Of a stretch of DNA of 25,111 bases, positions 1 to 8,856 are shown piece after piece; position 1 is the stretch's first letter; every line of letters starts with the position of its first letter. The notes beneath the pieces were generated by a model. The model was not told the origin of the DNA and searched no databases. It worked only from the letters and a program-made list of their open reading frames with translations. Position numbers and translations under genes: made by a program. The stretch covers positions 1 to 25,111 of IMG/VR virus record IMGVR_UViG_3300033076_000251, one strand, 5' to 3'. This stretch comes from a virus (lineage: Duplodnaviria; Caudoviricetes).

Positions 1-1
1 T

Positions 2-2383
2 ACGCCATTCCATATGCGTCTTGAACTTGTTAGCTTTGGTAGCCCTATCCATAATACTACGGATAGCTTCGTTCTCTTTATCTCCTCGTGCGTATTGAAA
101 CCATAGATTAGGATCAAGTAGATCGGCATTAAACATCTTAAGAGAGGTGTTCTGTACTGCTGTAGTATAGTCTCCCTCACCACGTTTAGTAGCAGCGTCG
201 TACTCTTTCTTAGCACGAAGGGCTTCTCCCTGTGTATCAAACTTATACAAAACTAATTGCTTAGTCTTGTTATCAGTAATCCACAGGGCGTAGTTACCCA
301 TCCACATATGAGGGAAGAACCCCTCCTGTGGTTTAATTCCTACTGCCTCGGCAATCTTACGAGTTAGTGCATCTATACCTTTAGCTGCTTCAATGGAGGA
401 ATCGCTGTACTTACCACGGAAAGATTCCCAGTCAGGAACAGCTTCTCCTTTGGTTAGTGCGGAATCTCGGGCAAGCATAATCTCACCCCAATCCGTAAAC
501 GCCTTACCTTTAAGTGTGCGAAGAAGACTATTTAATCCCTTCTCCGTGGATATTTTACGGACTACGGAAACGGGACCAGTAGGTCCTCGCATCTCCACTC
601 CCTTTGTACCTTCTACCCACTCACCAATAAGGTCTTGTCGGTACTGATCTGCTCGTTTAATATTGTCCGCTACCCAGCGAGTTACTACTCCGATGTTTCG
701 GAAGTTAGTAATGGTAGATAGTTGGCTACCGCCAAGAGCGATGAAGTGTCCAAAGATACTATCAGGTACATCAGGATACGCCATCCCTTGTTTAGCAGCT
801 TCATCAATCTTAGCTCGTTCTTCTGCCCAAGTCTTCTCAGCTACAATATGATCCATACCAGTAGGACCTTTTGTAGCTTTGTTAAATGCCTTTAACTGTT
901 GTACATAATCTCTGGAAGCTCCACGCAATTCATTAGTAAGAGCAGCGCCTCCGGCTTTAACTCTAGCAGAGATATTATCGTAAGCTTCTAATGCTTTACC
1001 TCCTAGATAGTCGGCAATGCCAAAGTTAACGGCACCACCTTGCTTTTTACCAACACCCCCTAATGGGTAGGGACTACCTCCAGTTTGACCACGTTGTTGA
1101 TTTACGACTTGAGGTGTATGTGTTAAGTTTGGTGGTTGTTCTATTGGTGGTTGTGCTGATCTCTGTGCTGATTCTTGCAACATCCGTTGTGGATCATCTG
1201 CTGATAATCTACGTTGATCGTAATCAATACCACCTTCGTAGTCAAATGGACGAGGAGCATCTCCTCCCATTTCAATAGGAGGACGCTCATATGGAATAGC
1301 TACTTCGTATTGATAAGGATCGTTATTACGTAATGTTTCTGGACCAGACCGCAGAGTTTGCTGTGGTTCTGCTGACCATTGTTCTTGTGGACGTAATTCT
1401 AGATTTGAACGGATACGCTGCTCAAGAGTCATTGGTCCTGCATAACTATCAGGTAATCCTTCTGCGGGAACCAGAGATAATTCATCAGTATACTTTGGTA
1501 TGGTTTCACCAGTAAGCTGTTGTTGTACTTGTTGTTGACGAGCTTGTTCCGCCGCAACCGCCTCGCGTTGTTTAGCTTCTGCGGCCACTTGTTCTTGTTG
1601 TAATCTTGTACGTTCGTCGTACTCAGCTTGCCGTTTACGTTGCTGTCCGGCACCCACAACTTGTGCCATACCACCAGCAAGCAACTCAGTTACACGACGC
1701 TTGATGGCCTCTGGATTATCGGCATCTCGTGCTAGAGATGGGTATAGTTCTTTAGCTGCTTTGGGATCACGGATAATAGCTTGTGATATGTTGTCTGCTA
1801 CTTCTCCTAGCAGTGCGTTAATACCACCCGCACCTGCTATGGTTTTAAGGTTAGCTCCCTTTAACTGTGGAAGTAATAGTCCACCAATATCAGCACCGGT
1901 CTGTGCTAGTGCAGAAGCTACTGCTTGACCTCGGGGTACATTCTTATCTAGTGCAGCCTTTACGTTTGTGATAAAGGACATTGGTGCAAATGTAGCCATA
2001 CCAGCAACCCCTGCTTTAGCAGCTACCGCAGTAGTAGCTACTCCGGATGCCACTTGTCCCTCTGCCGTTTCCGGTTGACGGAACATTGACTGTCCCTGTA
2101 TTTCTTCGTTTGTATTAATCTGACCGAATATCTTATCTTGTATGTCCGTCAATCCTTGATTCCAGCTACCTGTAGTTACGGCCTTTGGAATCTCCAATGC
2201 TCCAGCAGCAGCGAAACCAAGAGTCTTATCTGCCATAGAGAAGATATTACCAGCAGTACCTAACAAAGTACCACGTATATCTTCTTGTATACGCTCACCG
2301 ATAGGCATACCAGTATCGGGGTCTATAAGACCACCGACAGTATTACCAATTGGATTACCGGTATCTGGATCAATAAGAGGCAT
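2..2383 (-). CDS. Large DNA ejection / internal virion protein, 3'-partial (>=794 aa, runs off the left edge)
   Basis: Absent from the ORF track, consistent with no in-window stop. ATG at 2383 overlaps the TAA of the upstream gene (TAATG). Manual translation: MPLIDPDTGNPIGNTVGGLIDPDTGMPIG..., an Ala/Gly-rich hydrophobic segment, a Gln/Glu-rich segment (QQRKRQAEYDERTRLQQEQ...), ...EGFFPHMWMGNYALW...KFKTHMEWR at the edge. It is the last gene of the ejection block, the position of P22 gp16 / T7 gp16. Confidence 0.8.
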   Translation of the reverse strand, partial: MPLIDPDTGNPIGNTVGGLIDPDTGMPIGERIQEDIRGTLLGTAGNIFSMADKTLGFAAAGALEIPKAVTTGSWNQGLTDIQDKIFGQINTNEEIQGQSMFRQPETAEGQVASGVATTAVAAKAGVAGMATFAPMSFITNVKAALDKNVPRGQAVASALAQTGADIGGLLLPQLKGANLKTIAGAGGINALLGEVADNISQAIIRDPKAAKELYPSLARDADNPEAIKRRVTELLAGGMAQVVGAGQQRKRQAEYDERTRLQQEQVAAEAKQREAVAAEQARQQQVQQQLTGETIPKYTDELSLVPAEGLPDSYAGPMTLEQRIRSNLELRPQEQWSAEPQQTLRSGPETLRNNDPYQYEVAIPYERPPIEMGGDAPRPFDYEGGIDYDQRRLSADDPQRMLQESAQRSAQPPIEQPPNLTHTPQVVNQQRGQTGGSPYPLGGVGKKQGGAVNFGIADYLGGKALEAYDNISARVKAGGAALTNELRGASRDYVQQLKAFNKATKGPTGMDHIVAEKTWAEERAKIDEAAKQGMAYPDVPDSIFGHFIALGGSQLSTITNFRNIGVVTRWVADNIKRADQYRQDLIGEWVEGTKGVEMRGPTGPVSVVRKISTEKGLNSLLRTLKGKAFTDWGEIMLARDSALTKGEAVPDWESFRGKYSDSSIEAAKGIDALTRKIAEAVGIKPQEGFFPHMWMGNYALWITDNKTKQLVLYKFDTQGEALRAKKEYDAATKRGEGDYTTAVQNTSLKMFNADLLDPNLWFQYARGDKENEAIRSIMDRATKANKFKTHMEWR

Positions 2384-3510
2384 TATTTCACCAAGCCAAA
2401 CTTCTTGTTAGTTGCGTCAGCAATCTCTTCTGGTGTAGCATTAGGATTGGCCTTTTTAAGACGATCCTGCCATTCCAGTATATCTGCTTTCTTTGGATGA
2501 TTTTGAATTTGTAGATTAATAAAATCTGAAGTACGATTTGGTATAGATTTACCCTCATTGGCCCAAGGCTTGGGTGTATTTGGTGCTTGTAGTGCCCTTT
2601 CTTGGTCGGTGATGGGCTGTAATGTTTCTCCCATTGCACGAGTACGAGTGGCTGGTAGATTGATAATCATAGACTCTAGTGAATCGTATGTATCTTTTTC
2701 TTCTTGTGTCCATCCGGGTCCACCAGCAGCTTTACGCGCTTCTACTCGTTTCCGTAAATTATTAAGCTGGTTAGATAGGGCTCCCTTCGCTTCCTCTAGA
2801 GCAATTCTAGCATCTCCACGCATCTTCTCAACATCTCGTTGAGTTTGTCCCTGAATCTCTGCTTGACGAATCCCGCCAGCAGTAGCAATTCTCTGTTGTT
2901 CTAATTGATAATTACCTTGTATTTGTTGTTCTTCAATTCTACGTGCCGTCTCAAGAACTACCTGACTACCGGCATGATTAGTACGAATCCATCCAGGATT
3001 AAACTCTGGTAAACCTGGGGTTGTTTTACGAAGCTCTTCATACATAGCAGAAGCTTCTGCCAGACCTGCTGCTTTATCAGGTTTGTTCATTGCTTGTACA
3101 ATAGGATCAAGCATACGTCCACGAGTCTCAGCTTCGCGAGCTAACGTCTCCGCTGTGGCTTTATTATTTTCGATAGCCGCCTTTGCTGATTCCGCAATCT
3201 TACTTTCAACCATAGCTGGAAGAACACGAGGATCACGACGTAACGCATTACGCTGCTCTGTCTCCCATTGCATAGCTCCCATCTTATTCTGACGTTCTGC
3301 TTCGTGTAATGGACGATTAAGCATCTTCTGCTCAATATCAAGACCGTACTCACCAAGACCCATCTGTTGAGCTTGAGAAGCTTGCTGCATGAGTCGATTG
3401 TAGTCGGCTAGTTGATTTGCAAACTGTAGTCCTTGTACAGCACCCGGGGCCAGTCCCGGAAACCCAGGATACTGTGGTGCTTGTGGCGTCATCATATTAG
3501 GCATTGGCAT
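2383..3510 (-). CDS. Putative DNA ejection (injection) protein, helical/coiled-coil, 375 aa
   Basis: Q/A/E-rich and predicted helical. TAATG-coupled at both ends. Occupies the second slot of the ejection block (P22 gp20-like position). Confidence 0.65.
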   Translation of the reverse strand: MPMPNMMTPQAPQYPGFPGLAPGAVQGLQFANQLADYNRLMQQASQAQQMGLGEYGLDIEQKMLNRPLHEAERQNKMGAMQWETEQRNALRRDPRVLPAMVESKIAESAKAAIENNKATAETLAREAETRGRMLDPIVQAMNKPDKAAGLAEASAMYEELRKTTPGLPEFNPGWIRTNHAGSQVVLETARRIEEQQIQGNYQLEQQRIATAGGIRQAEIQGQTQRDVEKMRGDARIALEEAKGALSNQLNNLRKRVEARKAAGGPGWTQEEKDTYDSLESMIINLPATRTRAMGETLQPITDQERALQAPNTPKPWANEGKSIPNRTSDFINLQIQNHPKKADILEWQDRLKKANPNATPEEIADATNKKFGLVK

Positions 3511-5144
3511 TAGAATTTACTCCAATCTATCCCATCATTAGCCCACGAACCAAGAGCGTTTGCGGTTGGTTTATTTCCCCCCGTAAAACTACCTAGCCAA
3601 TTACCAAACTGTGATATGGCATTTGTTGCTGCTGGTAGGAATGAACCCCAATTAGCGCCACCATTGGTCCCGCTCTGATTGCCGGTAGCTCCACCATTAC
3701 CACCACTTGCTGCGAATAGTGGTGAGGTAGTCATATTGAATCGGTTAGCGATCATGGGTGCCATATTAGCAGTGAGACTACCCATCCACTCTGGACCAAA
3801 TTGGGCACCGGCCACGTTAGCGAGGTTCTGTTGCTGTCCTTGTAGGTACTTAGATTGATTGTTGATAAGTTGCTTACCGAGTTCTTGTATTTCATTACCA
3901 GATAAGTTATAACCACGCCTAGACATATCAGCACTTACATCTTGAATTGTTAGATTGCGCTGACCAGCCCAACCAGGATCATTCTGTAGATAATTTGGGT
4001 CGTTATAACTACGATATAGTTGGTCTCGATATGGGGCACGATCTGTACGAGTAAAGTAATCGCCCCGAGCTAACAGATTATTGTATAGCTCCTCCATCTT
4101 GGCAGAAGCGTCATAGTTACCATATGCATTGGTAAGTCCACTAAGAGCATTTAACCAGTTAAATTCTCCGCCGCTTCCCATACCACCAGCCCCGGCGGCT
4201 CCTCCTCCGCCAACTGCGGATGCTACAGACCCAGCCAATTTAAGTGCATTCTCTGGTGTGGTTATATTACTTAATCCAGAGGTGGCTTTACCAATAAGCT
4301 CATCAATAAAACTAGTACCTCCACCAGAAGCCCCGCCGGCGATACCTCCAGCACCGGTCATGGCACCGGTAGCTGCGTCAATCGGTAGTCCAGCATTCGT
4401 TAACGTATTAAGATATCCAGCACCTCCGGTTAACGATCCAGCGGTAGCTGCCGCACCACCTGCTTCTGCTAAACCGGGGACAGCGGTTTGTGCCCACGTA
4501 CCAGCGGAGGGCAGTGAAGCTAATCCATTAGCTCCGGCTCCTGCGGCACCGGTAAGTGCGCCCGAGAATCCCAAACCAAACATGGGAGACATAAGAGCTA
4601 ACCCTTCTAGTATTCCCCGCAGACCTCCGCTACCTTGTACTTTACCAGTCTTCCAATCAGCTAGACCCCAATCCTCTTTAGTTGGGTCCATCCCTCCCAT
4701 GTACTCAATACCCTTTTCTTTCCAGTTAGGGTCAATCTTATTTAGTATATCTTCTCCGATTAGAGAGAACTCACCATTAGGAAGACCGGCTTTACGTGCC
4801 GCTGCACGGATAAGTGTTTCTGGAGTAATAGCTCCCGAAGCATCGGTAGCGGCCATACCTGCTACCTCTTTCAGAATATTATCGAATACCGAATAATCTG
4901 TGTTTGGATTTGCTTTCTTTATCCAATCAGGAACACCATAATAATCTGCTTCTTTGTACATCATCGGCGTAAATTCGGTGAACGCACCACCGCCAGTGCC
5001 ATAGGTGTACGGGGAGAGGCTTGCGTTGTAGGCCGCGAGGTCTGCTGCAAAGTTCGGATTTCGGATCATCTCGCCCAATGGGCTTGCGGTGAACTCTTCT
5101 GGACGAGGACCTCCCTTTACCAGATACTTCATTTTATTAGCCAT
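3510..5144 (-). CDS. Putative DNA pilot/ejection protein (P22 gp7-like), 544 aa
   Basis: Long Gly/Ala-rich hydrophobic stretches, then DPGWAGQRNLTIQDVSADMSRRGYNLSGNEIQELGKQ, resembling the 'PGY..R.....A..RG...SG..L..L' pattern of P22-like DNA transfer proteins. First gene after the tail-tip genes. Confidence 0.7.
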   Translation of the reverse strand: MANKMKYLVKGGPRPEEFTASPLGEMIRNPNFAADLAAYNASLSPYTYGTGGGAFTEFTPMMYKEADYYGVPDWIKKANPNTDYSVFDNILKEVAGMAATDASGAITPETLIRAAARKAGLPNGEFSLIGEDILNKIDPNWKEKGIEYMGGMDPTKEDWGLADWKTGKVQGSGGLRGILEGLALMSPMFGLGFSGALTGAAGAGANGLASLPSAGTWAQTAVPGLAEAGGAAATAGSLTGGAGYLNTLTNAGLPIDAATGAMTGAGGIAGGASGGGTSFIDELIGKATSGLSNITTPENALKLAGSVASAVGGGGAAGAGGMGSGGEFNWLNALSGLTNAYGNYDASAKMEELYNNLLARGDYFTRTDRAPYRDQLYRSYNDPNYLQNDPGWAGQRNLTIQDVSADMSRRGYNLSGNEIQELGKQLINNQSKYLQGQQQNLANVAGAQFGPEWMGSLTANMAPMIANRFNMTTSPLFAASGGNGGATGNQSGTNGGANWGSFLPAATNAISQFGNWLGSFTGGNKPTANALGSWANDGIDWSKF

Positions 5145-5147
5145 GTG

Positions 5148-5840
5148 TTATGTCTTCCTGTAAAAATCTGGGGCTTTGTTATATGTTGCAAATCGAGATG
5201 CTTGATAATGAGCATCTACGAAGGTGGCGTATGCCGTTCCTGCAAAATTATCAGCCGGGGCTACAATTCCGGCGCTATCTGTGCCTCCTGCGAAGGAGGG
5301 GTCTCTCATTACGTGAATCATTAAAACTGTATCTACTTCTAATCTTAAAGTGTTTAAGAGATCGGTAGCCTGTGTGTCATTCATCTCTACAATCTGGTGC
5401 ATGTTAGCAGTACCGCTTCCGGCTTGTGCTAAATAATATATACGAGGTGCTGCAAAGTTATATGCTTGTTGGCTATGTCCTTTAGCGGCACATACTCGTA
5501 ATTGCCAAACGCAAGTACCAGTGTTTGTATTGGAGGGTAGCCAGTGTAAGTGAATGTACCACGGAGTATCAAATGACCAATCATGGTTAATATGTTGATT
5601 GGTCCAGAATTGACGCATTTGAGCAGCACCCCCATCTGGAAATGCATATGCCCAATGATCTCCGGCTATGTTAGTCCATGTAGGATCACTTGGACCAACA
5701 CCACGAACAATTACATCACTCTTCTCATCCTTCCATCCACCTTCATGTTTACGATGGAATTCCTTGAACCAATTCATCCAACCAATACCTTCGATCTTAG
5801 GATCGTTTGGTGGACGTTCTAGAAATGTACGATCAGGCAT
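5148..5840 (-). CDS. Putative tail needle/tip-position protein with beta-rich C-terminal domain, 230 aa
   Basis: Directly follows the gp10-like gene (TAATG), the P22 gp26 position. Short N-terminal W-x-x-W-F helix (GWMNWFKEF), then an aromatic beta-rich domain (HINHDW..YIHLHW..VWQL..DAHYQ). Confidence 0.5.
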   Translation of the reverse strand: MPDRTFLERPPNDPKIEGIGWMNWFKEFHRKHEGGWKDEKSDVIVRGVGPSDPTWTNIAGDHWAYAFPDGGAAQMRQFWTNQHINHDWSFDTPWYIHLHWLPSNTNTGTCVWQLRVCAAKGHSQQAYNFAAPRIYYLAQAGSGTANMHQIVEMNDTQATDLLNTLRLEVDTVLMIHVMRDPSFAGGTDSAGIVAPADNFAGTAYATFVDAHYQASRFATYNKAPDFYRKT

Positions 5841-7348
5841 TAGTGATCCAATTCCGAATATGTTAATTCTAAAGCTTCATATTTTTGATTATTATTAGTA
5901 GATGCTATAATTCTAAAGGCACGTTTATAAGTAGTACCACATCCCGTTAAACGTGGATTTTTTTTAGTTAGATCAAAATTTCTAGATGTAGAATACGTAT
6001 CATAATCATCATCTGTCCAACTAAGGGCCGCTGTTTGTGATGCTGTTGTTGTTTGACTTCCAATTAATCTAACTTCATGAATACGTTTTAAATTATGACT
6101 ATTACCATCCCATAAATCAGTTCTTATCTCTATAGGAATTCCTGATGAATTCCCTGTAATAATATATAAATTATTATCCAAATTTAAAGTAGAATATGCA
6201 TTATATGATGAATTTGTAACTGCAAGATTATTTATTTGAACAGTGTTTATATCTGCATATGGTCTCCATTTTTGCCATATTTTATATTTTACATCATATA
6301 AAAAATAAATTGGATTTGTATAGTTCCCGGTCATCCTAAATAATATATATTGTTTACCCTGTATTATAAATGCACCGGCGATTGCGGAAATTATATTATT
6401 TGTAGATAGTAACCTATCAATTGAATCATTTGAAATTTTAATTGGTTTATAATCCTCTAATGTATAAATACCAGGGGCTCTAGTATTTATTCCTGTGCCT
6501 GTCCAAAAAACAGAATCAAATGCTTCTATATATGTTCTATTATTTGTGTTATTAAAATTAACACTAGGAATACAACCAACATTATTTGCATATTGAGGAA
6601 TTCTTTGTAAAGGACTACCAACTGGATTTCCTACGTTTTCATAAAATTCAGTAGATTGCGTACTAAAAGCTACAATAGTATTTTTATATTTTGCTAAACC
6701 AACAGAAGGATCGGGACTAAAATTAGTAGAAAGTGTTCCGGTAGCGGGCCATGTTGTTATATCATTTAATGCTGAATTTCTTATTGTTCCTGCGGATTCT
6801 GCTATAAAATGATAGCCGTCCATCTCAACCATTTGTCCCACAGTGGATGCGGATATTGTTATTGCTGTAGATACAACACCACCATCTGCAATGAATTCCC
6901 AACCCGTTAGGTTCGGTGAGGTTGTATAACCAGCCAGCATTATAGGAGTTGTTCCATTTTTAGATTCCCTTAAATATTCAAAATTACCAGCAAAAATAGG
7001 AACAATGGATGTTATTAATGTGCTAGTGGCTAGATTATAAATTCTAATATTATTATTACCACAAAATACAGCATAATCCTTATATGTACTTGCACCTGAC
7101 CAACTAGCAAGAGCAGCCATTTGAGCAGTCAATGAAAATTGTAAGGATACACTATAACCGGGCTCCGCATATAATACATCATCCCCCTCATTATTTTTAT
7201 AATGAAAGATTTGACAATTTTCTAGCCCTGGTCCCTTTTTAATCTCTGTTGAGGCAGGAGCAGGCCCTCTAATAAAGTAATCACAAACAAGAGGTATTCT
7301 AGCCTTTTGTGTGTCCGGTTTACCGAACAGTGGATTCTTACCGGCCAC
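5840..7348 (-). CDS. Tail nozzle / packaged-DNA stabilization protein (P22 gp10-like), 502 aa
   Basis: Motifs VEMDGYHFIA, IRNSALND..TW, SPDPSVGLAKYKNTIVAFSTQSTEFYENVG, VGC, SVFW, KISNDSIDRLL, YD...IWQKW, LSWTDDDYDTYS, GTTYKRAFRI match the gp10-type beta-propeller pattern. GTG start with GGAG upstream. Follows the adaptor gene. Confidence 0.88.
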   Translation of the reverse strand: MAGKNPLFGKPDTQKARIPLVCDYFIRGPAPASTEIKKGPGLENCQIFHYKNNEGDDVLYAEPGYSVSLQFSLTAQMAALASWSGASTYKDYAVFCGNNNIRIYNLATSTLITSIVPIFAGNFEYLRESKNGTTPIMLAGYTTSPNLTGWEFIADGGVVSTAITISASTVGQMVEMDGYHFIAESAGTIRNSALNDITTWPATGTLSTNFSPDPSVGLAKYKNTIVAFSTQSTEFYENVGNPVGSPLQRIPQYANNVGCIPSVNFNNTNNRTYIEAFDSVFWTGTGINTRAPGIYTLEDYKPIKISNDSIDRLLSTNNIISAIAGAFIIQGKQYILFRMTGNYTNPIYFLYDVKYKIWQKWRPYADINTVQINNLAVTNSSYNAYSTLNLDNNLYIITGNSSGIPIEIRTDLWDGNSHNLKRIHEVRLIGSQTTTASQTAALSWTDDDYDTYSTSRNFDLTKKNPRLTGCGTTYKRAFRIIASTNNNQKYEALELTYSELDH

Positions 7349-8333
7349 CGAGATTTACTCCAAAGTAAATAGAACCTTCTTCCATACCAAAACCAATAGC
7401 TTCATCTTTTAGCTTCTCGTACTCACGTTCGAGCGCCTGTCGTTCTGCAATAGGGATACCATAACGCGGAGCTAGTAACCATGCCAATCCCTTCATTACG
7501 GTAAGATACCATTCTTGCGGGAATGCAATATCATTGGTCTCCGCATCTATATCATCGAATTGTACTTGTGCCCTAATCTTGATGGCAACTGAGGTATCTG
7601 TCCATTTCGGCCATGCATATAGGCGGGATTCCACAGGGAGATCGGCTTTGTATTCATGGTAAAGACAGATGGGCGTACCTTCGGCACCTTTGTTAGAAAG
7701 TTGATTGTATTCTTGCCATGTGTATATCGAAAGTGGGACATCAACACCTCCAGCTATAGAACGATAACCTTCAATGATTCGTAGTGGACGCATACCACTA
7801 GAGGATGTAGTTACAATATAGCCAGCTTTAACGAAGTATAAGGTAGCTCCCACAGCAACATTGGCAGCGAAGCCTGCCGTAATCGAGAATGTAGTACCTC
7901 CTGTACCGTTAATAGTTTTCGATACTAGGTCACCATTGTTATCTACATAATAGACCCGATCAATACCTTTGGCGTTAGCAGTCTCGTATGTAAGGGAAGT
8001 GGTTGTGAATGATGTAGCTCCGGCTGTTACCGCTGCTGCAAGGGTATCTCTCTCGAAAACACTATGGAATACTAAATCATCTGTCTTAAACTGTACATAT
8101 TGTCTATCGTTAAGATGATTAGTTGGAGGTAGTATGAACATATCGTACAGCCTCCACAGAGGCATACCATCATTCTGTAGGTGTTTGATGAAGTAGTTGA
8201 AGATAGGAAGAGCTTCATTCTTCTGTGTAGTAGATGCGCTATCCCCTTCTCCAAGGATAGCAATATCCTTGAGAGATGCGGTAATTATGTCTGCCGCAGT
8301 TGTTGTGTAATTAAACGATCCGGATAGTGCCAT
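7338..8333 (-). CDS. Head-to-tail adaptor (P22 gp4 / T7 gp11-like) with internal insertion, 331 aa
   Basis: N-terminal TAADIITASLKDIAILGEG..EAL..FN and C-terminal EYNQLSNK..GTP..LY..LYAWP..FPQEWY..V..GLAWLLAPRYG are typical of podovirus adaptors. Sits immediately upstream of the nozzle gene. Confidence 0.82.
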   Translation of the reverse strand: MALSGSFNYTTTAADIITASLKDIAILGEGDSASTTQKNEALPIFNYFIKHLQNDGMPLWRLYDMFILPPTNHLNDRQYVQFKTDDLVFHSVFERDTLAAAVTAGATSFTTTSLTYETANAKGIDRVYYVDNNGDLVSKTINGTGGTTFSITAGFAANVAVGATLYFVKAGYIVTTSSSGMRPLRIIEGYRSIAGGVDVPLSIYTWQEYNQLSNKGAEGTPICLYHEYKADLPVESRLYAWPKWTDTSVAIKIRAQVQFDDIDAETNDIAFPQEWYLTVMKGLAWLLAPRYGIPIAERQALEREYEKLKDEAIGFGMEEGSIYFGVNLGGR

Positions 8334-8582
8334 TTATTTCCCCAGAGTTGACCACAGTTCTTTTATATCCCCAAACTTAAATGCTATAATGAACAATAGA
8401 GTTAGTCCCAAAGCTTTAACGAATAGCACTAGATGCTTGTATAGAGATAACTGATCTCGTATATCTCGTAATGATTGCTCTATGGATTTGTGAGCATCTA
8501 TATCACCTTGTCGATACTCCTCAACTTTATCGTAGAGAGATTCTACTTTAGCTTTGATGTAACCAATCTCTTCATTATTCAT
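8334..8582 (-). CDS. Small membrane protein (coiled coil + single TM), possible holin/lysis accessory, 82 aa
   Basis: N-terminal heptad-like region followed by the hydrophobic segment LVLFVKALGLTLLFIIAF. The holin role is inferred only. Confidence 0.5.
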   Translation of the reverse strand: MNNEEIGYIKAKVESLYDKVEEYRQGDIDAHKSIEQSLRDIRDQLSLYKHLVLFVKALGLTLLFIIAFKFGDIKELWSTLGK

Positions 8583-8584
8583 GA

Positions 8585-8854
8585 TTAGAAATTACCTGGA
8601 GGTATTGTATCCTCTGGTGTAGTTGTATATGTGGGTCCTATGAATACATCTGAGGATTCCGGTCGTACCCAATCAGGGGTCTTCTCGGTACGTGGAACTC
8701 GCTGGAAATCCATAGGGTGACGTATCTCGTAATCTTTACTACACACCATTAACCCATCCCACCGTTTACGAAGATCACTGGCTTTAAACTTAAAGCCACA
8801 TGCATCGCATATAGTATTATAGTCATGATGAGAATATGTATTTTGATTTTTCAT
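8585..8854 (-). CDS. Small Cys-containing phage protein (CxxC...C), 89 aa
   Basis: ICDACGFKFKASDLRKRWDGLMVC..DYE.RHP..F is a pattern I recognise from small genes preceding the adaptor in this type of podovirus. Possible zinc site; function unknown. Confidence 0.7.
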   Translation of the reverse strand: MKNQNTYSHHDYNTICDACGFKFKASDLRKRWDGLMVCSKDYEIRHPMDFQRVPRTEKTPDWVRPESSDVFIGPTYTTTPEDTIPPGNF

Positions 8855-8856
8855 AA

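Noticed and set aside
393-2500. Short ORFs on either strand over the first 2.4 kb
   Set aside because: All overlap the long open minus-strand frame starting at 2383.
4129-4896. 255-aa Pro/Ala-rich plus-strand ORF
   Set aside because: Antisense shadow of the Gly/Ala-rich ejection gene; no independent signals.
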